Assembly: GCF_001194135.2 (NCBI RefSeq)
Contig: NC_068984.1
Coordinates: forward strand, 86,178,265 to 86,234,255
Reading direction: 5' to 3'
Origin: Octopus bimaculoides
Lineage: Eukaryota
DNA length: 55,991 nucleotides
The notes beneath the pieces were generated by a model. The model made no database searches. It was not told where the DNA came from and was given only the letters and a program-made list of their open reading frames with translations. A program made the translations under genes and the position numbers. Below are positions 51,820 through 55,991 of the stretch, one piece after another (position 1 is the first letter of the stretch; every line of letters starts with the position of its first letter).

Positions 51820-52100
51820 TATTCCACTTTTGTATTTGGTTTCAAGATTCACTCATTTTACACTTATATACTTATTTATTTTTTCTAAAATATTTCGTTG
51901 CTTCTTGCAACCTTTTCAGTAGTCGTTGACTCTGTCCATTATCGGAGCTGCGTTGTTTTTGTTTGTTTGTCCGCATGTGTGTGCGTCAGTGTGCATGTAT
52001 GTATGTATGTATGTATGTATGTATGTATGTATGTATGTATGTATGTATGTACGTATGTATGTATGCGTGTATGTATGTGTGCGTGTGTGTGTATGCATAT

Positions 52101-52258
52101 ATGTAAATAACCAAGTTGAAAAGACATGAGACGTAATACAACCGTACAGCATATCCGTGTTGAAACCGTATCATTTGCTTGGTCTTCTTACGGTTTCAAC
52201 ACGGATGTGCTGTACGGTTGTATTACGTCTCATGTCTTTTCAACTTGTTTATTTACAT
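52101..52258. repeat. 70-bp near-perfect inverted repeat (hairpin)
   Basis: 52101-52170 and 52189-52258 match at 68 of 70 positions around an 18-nt loop. Confidence 0.93.
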
Positions 52259-52440
52259 GTAATTATAGGTCAACTATGAATGTTGTCTATTTTTGTTGTC
52301 TGTTTTGTATTAATACGACCCTGAAGCGATACAATATCCCATATTTTATAATATGCATGAATCGATCTGGATATTGCATCGAAATGGTCATAGGTCATAA
52401 TAAAGTCTTTACAATGGATCAGATTTTAGCTCTTTTTTAA

Positions 52441-52481
<41 letters not shown>

Positions 52482-52547
52482 NNNNNNNNNNNNNNNNNNN
52501 NNNNNNNNNNNNNNNNNNNNNNNNNNNNNNNNNATATATGTATGTAT

Positions 52548-52594
<47 letters not shown>

Positions 52595-52659
52595 CGTGCG
52601 TGTATGTATGTTTGTATGTATGTATTCTGCATATTCATGTGTTTGTGTGTTCATCTTTG

Positions 52660-54118
52660 TGTGTTTCTATGTGATGCAACATACTCCAACCCAAGAAACA
52701 GACTGCACAAAATTTCCAAGCATTCAACAATGATATTCCTACGCTATATGGGTTATGTAAAGACCAAAACCACTGCGTAAACCCAGTTATGAGGCCCCCA
52801 ACCCAGCCACTTTGCGGAGCAAATATCTCCAAAAATTTCAGGCTATCCTGCTTCTTCTCACAGGTGTTACGACCGACCACTCATTGAAATGTCCCTGGAT
52901 GTCTGTGTGAGCACGGAGCATCTTCTCAATAGAATCAATAGTTGCAACAACTCCAAAGACCTCACAGGTTGTGTAGTGAGTAGTATGGATGTAGCTTCAC
53001 TCTACCCATCTATAGACATAGATTTTGCTGTGGAAAAATACATTGAGATTATTTGTGAGAGTGAGGTAGAGTTCTGCAAAGTCATACGAGTGAACTGGGC
53101 CTCCTCCTTAAACTAAGCTATGACTGTAGCTACCTAGACAAGTATGACCTTAGTAGATTCTGCCCCACCAAGCTACAGAGAAGAAGGCCACACACCATCA
53201 CCTCGGCAGTGAAGAAAAGCACCGCAGAGTGCTGGAGTGGCTGGACCATACCCACCCAGGACTCTGAGAACAACAGTCAGGTGAAAAGAATGATTGCACA
53301 TGCAATAAGGGTTAGCGTAAAAACCGCCTTGAAGGACAACATAGTAAAGTTTAACAGGAAACTATACATGCAAGTTCAAGGTGCAGCCCTTAGTGTCGGT
53401 GTGGCTGGAGATGTGGCAGATTTCTTTATGACCTGATGGGACAGAAAACTTAAACAATCCTTAGCTGAACAAGGTATGTAGATGACATTAATATTTTAGT
53501 TAGGACAAACTCTAGTAACTGTAGTGTAGAAACTGAGAGGAGCATAATGAAGAACATCCAACACATAGCTAACTCCATCGACCAAAGTATCAAGGTAACT
53601 ATAGATTACCCCACTAGGCACCTAACAATAGACTCCCTGTTCTTGATACTGAACTTTGGTTAGAGACAGTGAACAACGGAATACAGCTCCTCCATTCCTG
53701 TTACATGAAGCCCATAGCTTCTAAATATGTTGTTCACTCAGATTTGACACACAACATGAAAATCAACATAATGATAGCATTCTTAGGATAATGAACAACG
53801 TGCTACACCACCCCCATGCGAACCCTATGAAACAAAGAAACATATACAGAACTTCATGCATCGCATGCAATTCTCTGGATATGAGCAGAAAGATAGGGCT
53901 CGGGTTTACAGGGGAGCTAGAAACAAGTAAGCATTATATGTAATGAAACCAGTGGTACCTGTTCTAGATACAGAAGTAAAGACTGGAATAGGATACGGAG
54001 TTTGTAAAGACTGGAATAGGATACAGAGTTTGTAACGAAGCAAACAGGATGAACACATGGTACCAGGCCGACAAATAACAAGGATGATGTTTGTAGAGGC
54101 CACAGCCCATGGAGAAGC
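52660..54118 (+). mobile_element. Penelope-like retroelement, degenerate RT and thumb region
   Basis: DIPTLYGLCKD, SSMDVASLYPSID (~52980-53015), LYMQVQGAALSVGVAGDVADFFM, YVDDINI (53475), IKVTIDYPT..LPVLDTELW, RMQFSGY and MFVEATAHGE, with many stops and frameshifts. 28-bp tandem duplication at ~53977-54032. GIY-YIG is absent. Confidence 0.85.
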
Positions 54119-54176
54119 ACACACGTACACACACAAAAGAAGACTGAAACACATGACCACATACACACACGCACAC

Positions 54177-54246
<70 letters not shown>

Positions 54247-54405
54247 AATATACAGAATACATACGTACAAACGTACACACATGCATACATATATATACAT
54301 ATATATGCATACGCACACGCGCGCACACATACATACATACTACATACAAATACATACATGCATACATGCATAATGCATACATACATACATACATACATAC
54401 ATACA

Positions 54406-54436
<31 letters not shown>

Positions 54437-54964
54437 GTGTAGATACATGCGCACAAACAAAAACAACGCAGCTCCGATAACAGACAGTCAACGACTATTG
54501 AAGAGGTTGCAAGAAGCAACGAAAATTTTAGAAAAAAATGAACGGTAAAAGAGACCGATGGAATNNNNNNNNNNNNNNNNNNNNNNNNNNNNNNNNNNNN
54601 NNNNNNNNNNNNNNNNNNNNNNNNNNNNNNNNNNNNNNNNNNNNNNNNNNNNNNNNNNNNNNNNNNNNNNNNNNNNNNNNNNNNNNNNNNNNNNNNNNNN
54701 NNNNNNNNNNNNNNNNNNNNNNNNNNNNNNNNNNTATATATATATATTCTTGTGTCTGGGGAGAGTAGTTCTATTTTAATGCCTTATTAATTAACACACT
54801 CACCGGTTCGATTTCCACTCATTTACTTACTCTTTTACTCTTTTACTTGTTTATATATATATATATATATATATATAAATATATATACGCGTACATACAT
54901 ACATACATACATACATACATACGTATGTATGTGTCTGTGTGTGTGTGTCTTTGCGTCTGTTTAT

Positions 54965-55785
54965 CCATACTTTCGCTTGACAACCAATTGTGCTGTTTTT
55001 CTGACTCCGTGACTTAGTGGTTCGGCAAAAAGACGAAGAAAACACAATTGAATAAGTACTAGGCTTTAAAAGAAAAAAACGTACAGGAGTCTATTGGTTT
55101 GACTAAAATTTTTCAAGGCGGTGTTCCAGCATGACCGCAGTCTTTTGGCTGAAATAAGTAAACGATAAAAGAATCGCCTTTGTTTTTTAGTATAATATCA
55201 ATAATAATAATAACTAACTGGACCCGTGAAAACTTCACGGAAAATATAAAAAATATAAGCATCTGTAAATTGCCTGCCGGTACCATGAGAAATGCTTCTT
55301 TCTATATTGTGACAGTTACAAAATATAGAAAGACATGTAAAACCGATAACTATATAATCCGACCAAAATATCTCGGTTACGTAAACGTAAACAGATTTAC
55401 TATTTAACCTTAAAATACATCGTACATATTCATAGAACCTTTTTGCTTTAGTGGTACGGACGTTCTTCTGGTATTCTTTTATTCTTTTACTTGTTTCAGT
55501 CATTTGACGACGGCCATGCTGGAGCAACGCCCTTTAGTCGAAGAAATCGACCCCTGTGGTTATTCCGTGTAAGCCTGGTGCTTATTCTATTAGTTTCTTC
55601 CGCCGAACAGCTAAGTTACGGAGATACAAACGCACCAGCATCGGTTGTCAAACAATGGTAGTGGGGGCGGGGGGTGGGGACAATCACAGACACAAACACA
55701 CACACACATAAAAATAGTATATATATATATAAGTACCGCTAAGCATTTCGCCTGGTGTGCTAACAATTCTGCCAACTCGCCGCCA
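54965..55785. mobile_element. Cluster of SINE fragments: family A 3' halves in opposite orientations (54965-55175 +, 55480-55700 -) and a family B head (55733-55785 -)
   Basis: ttcgcttgacaacc...cttagtggttcggcaaa...ccagcatgaccgcagtc and its reverse complement, plus gtaccgctaagcatttcgcctggtgtgctaacaattctgccaactcgccgcc. Confidence 0.8.
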
Positions 55786-55786
55786 T

Positions 55787-55832
<46 letters not shown>

Positions 55833-55991
55833 TTAATTCGTTTTATTGGCCACAAGGGCTAATATCAATTAAAAACATGTAAGGACAAAGACAGGACGAA
55901 GATTACAAAAGGTTTTGTCCGAAAAGGTAGGAAAGTTCGTCTAAACAGAGAAAGAAAACGGAGAAAGATATAACAAATAAATAGATAGATA

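Larger units (their letters stand above)
51879..54538. repeat. Inverted repeat arms (51879-51978 and 54445-54538) bracketing the PLE
   Basis: aaacaaaaacaacgcagctccgataa...gtcaacgacta.tgaa.aggttgcaagaagcaacgaaa..ttttagaaaaaa occurs on the minus strand at left and the plus strand at right. An inner inverted pair lies at ~52608-52648 / 54243-54280. Confidence 0.85.

Overview
This is AT-rich, microsatellite-saturated eukaryotic DNA from a gapped draft assembly; most N-gaps sit inside (TA)n or (CA)n tracts. The SINE families and repeat texture look like a coleoid cephalopod, probably Octopus (inferred from recalled repeat sequences, not from a search). I cannot confidently identify a host protein-coding gene: the window reads as intronic or intergenic DNA built from transposon relics. 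These include Helitron derivatives, a hAT pseudogene, a nested MULE > hAT-like MITE > mariner > CR1/Jockey-type LINE stack, a second deleted mariner, a full-length degenerate Tigger/pogo, RTE LINEs ending in C2H2 zinc-finger arrays, several Penelope-like (PLE) fragments and many tRNA-derived SINEs. The best lead is a set of minimal type I hammerhead ribozyme motifs. One has an intact core and an unusually large structured stem II (8801-8936, +). One has a possible compensatory U3:A8 core (34068-34105, -), and several others are decayed. Also notable are a microhomology-flanked templated insertion copied from about 2 kb away, several snap-back inverted duplications, an RFX X-box and a few weak exon candidates. 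All functional statements are untested inferences.
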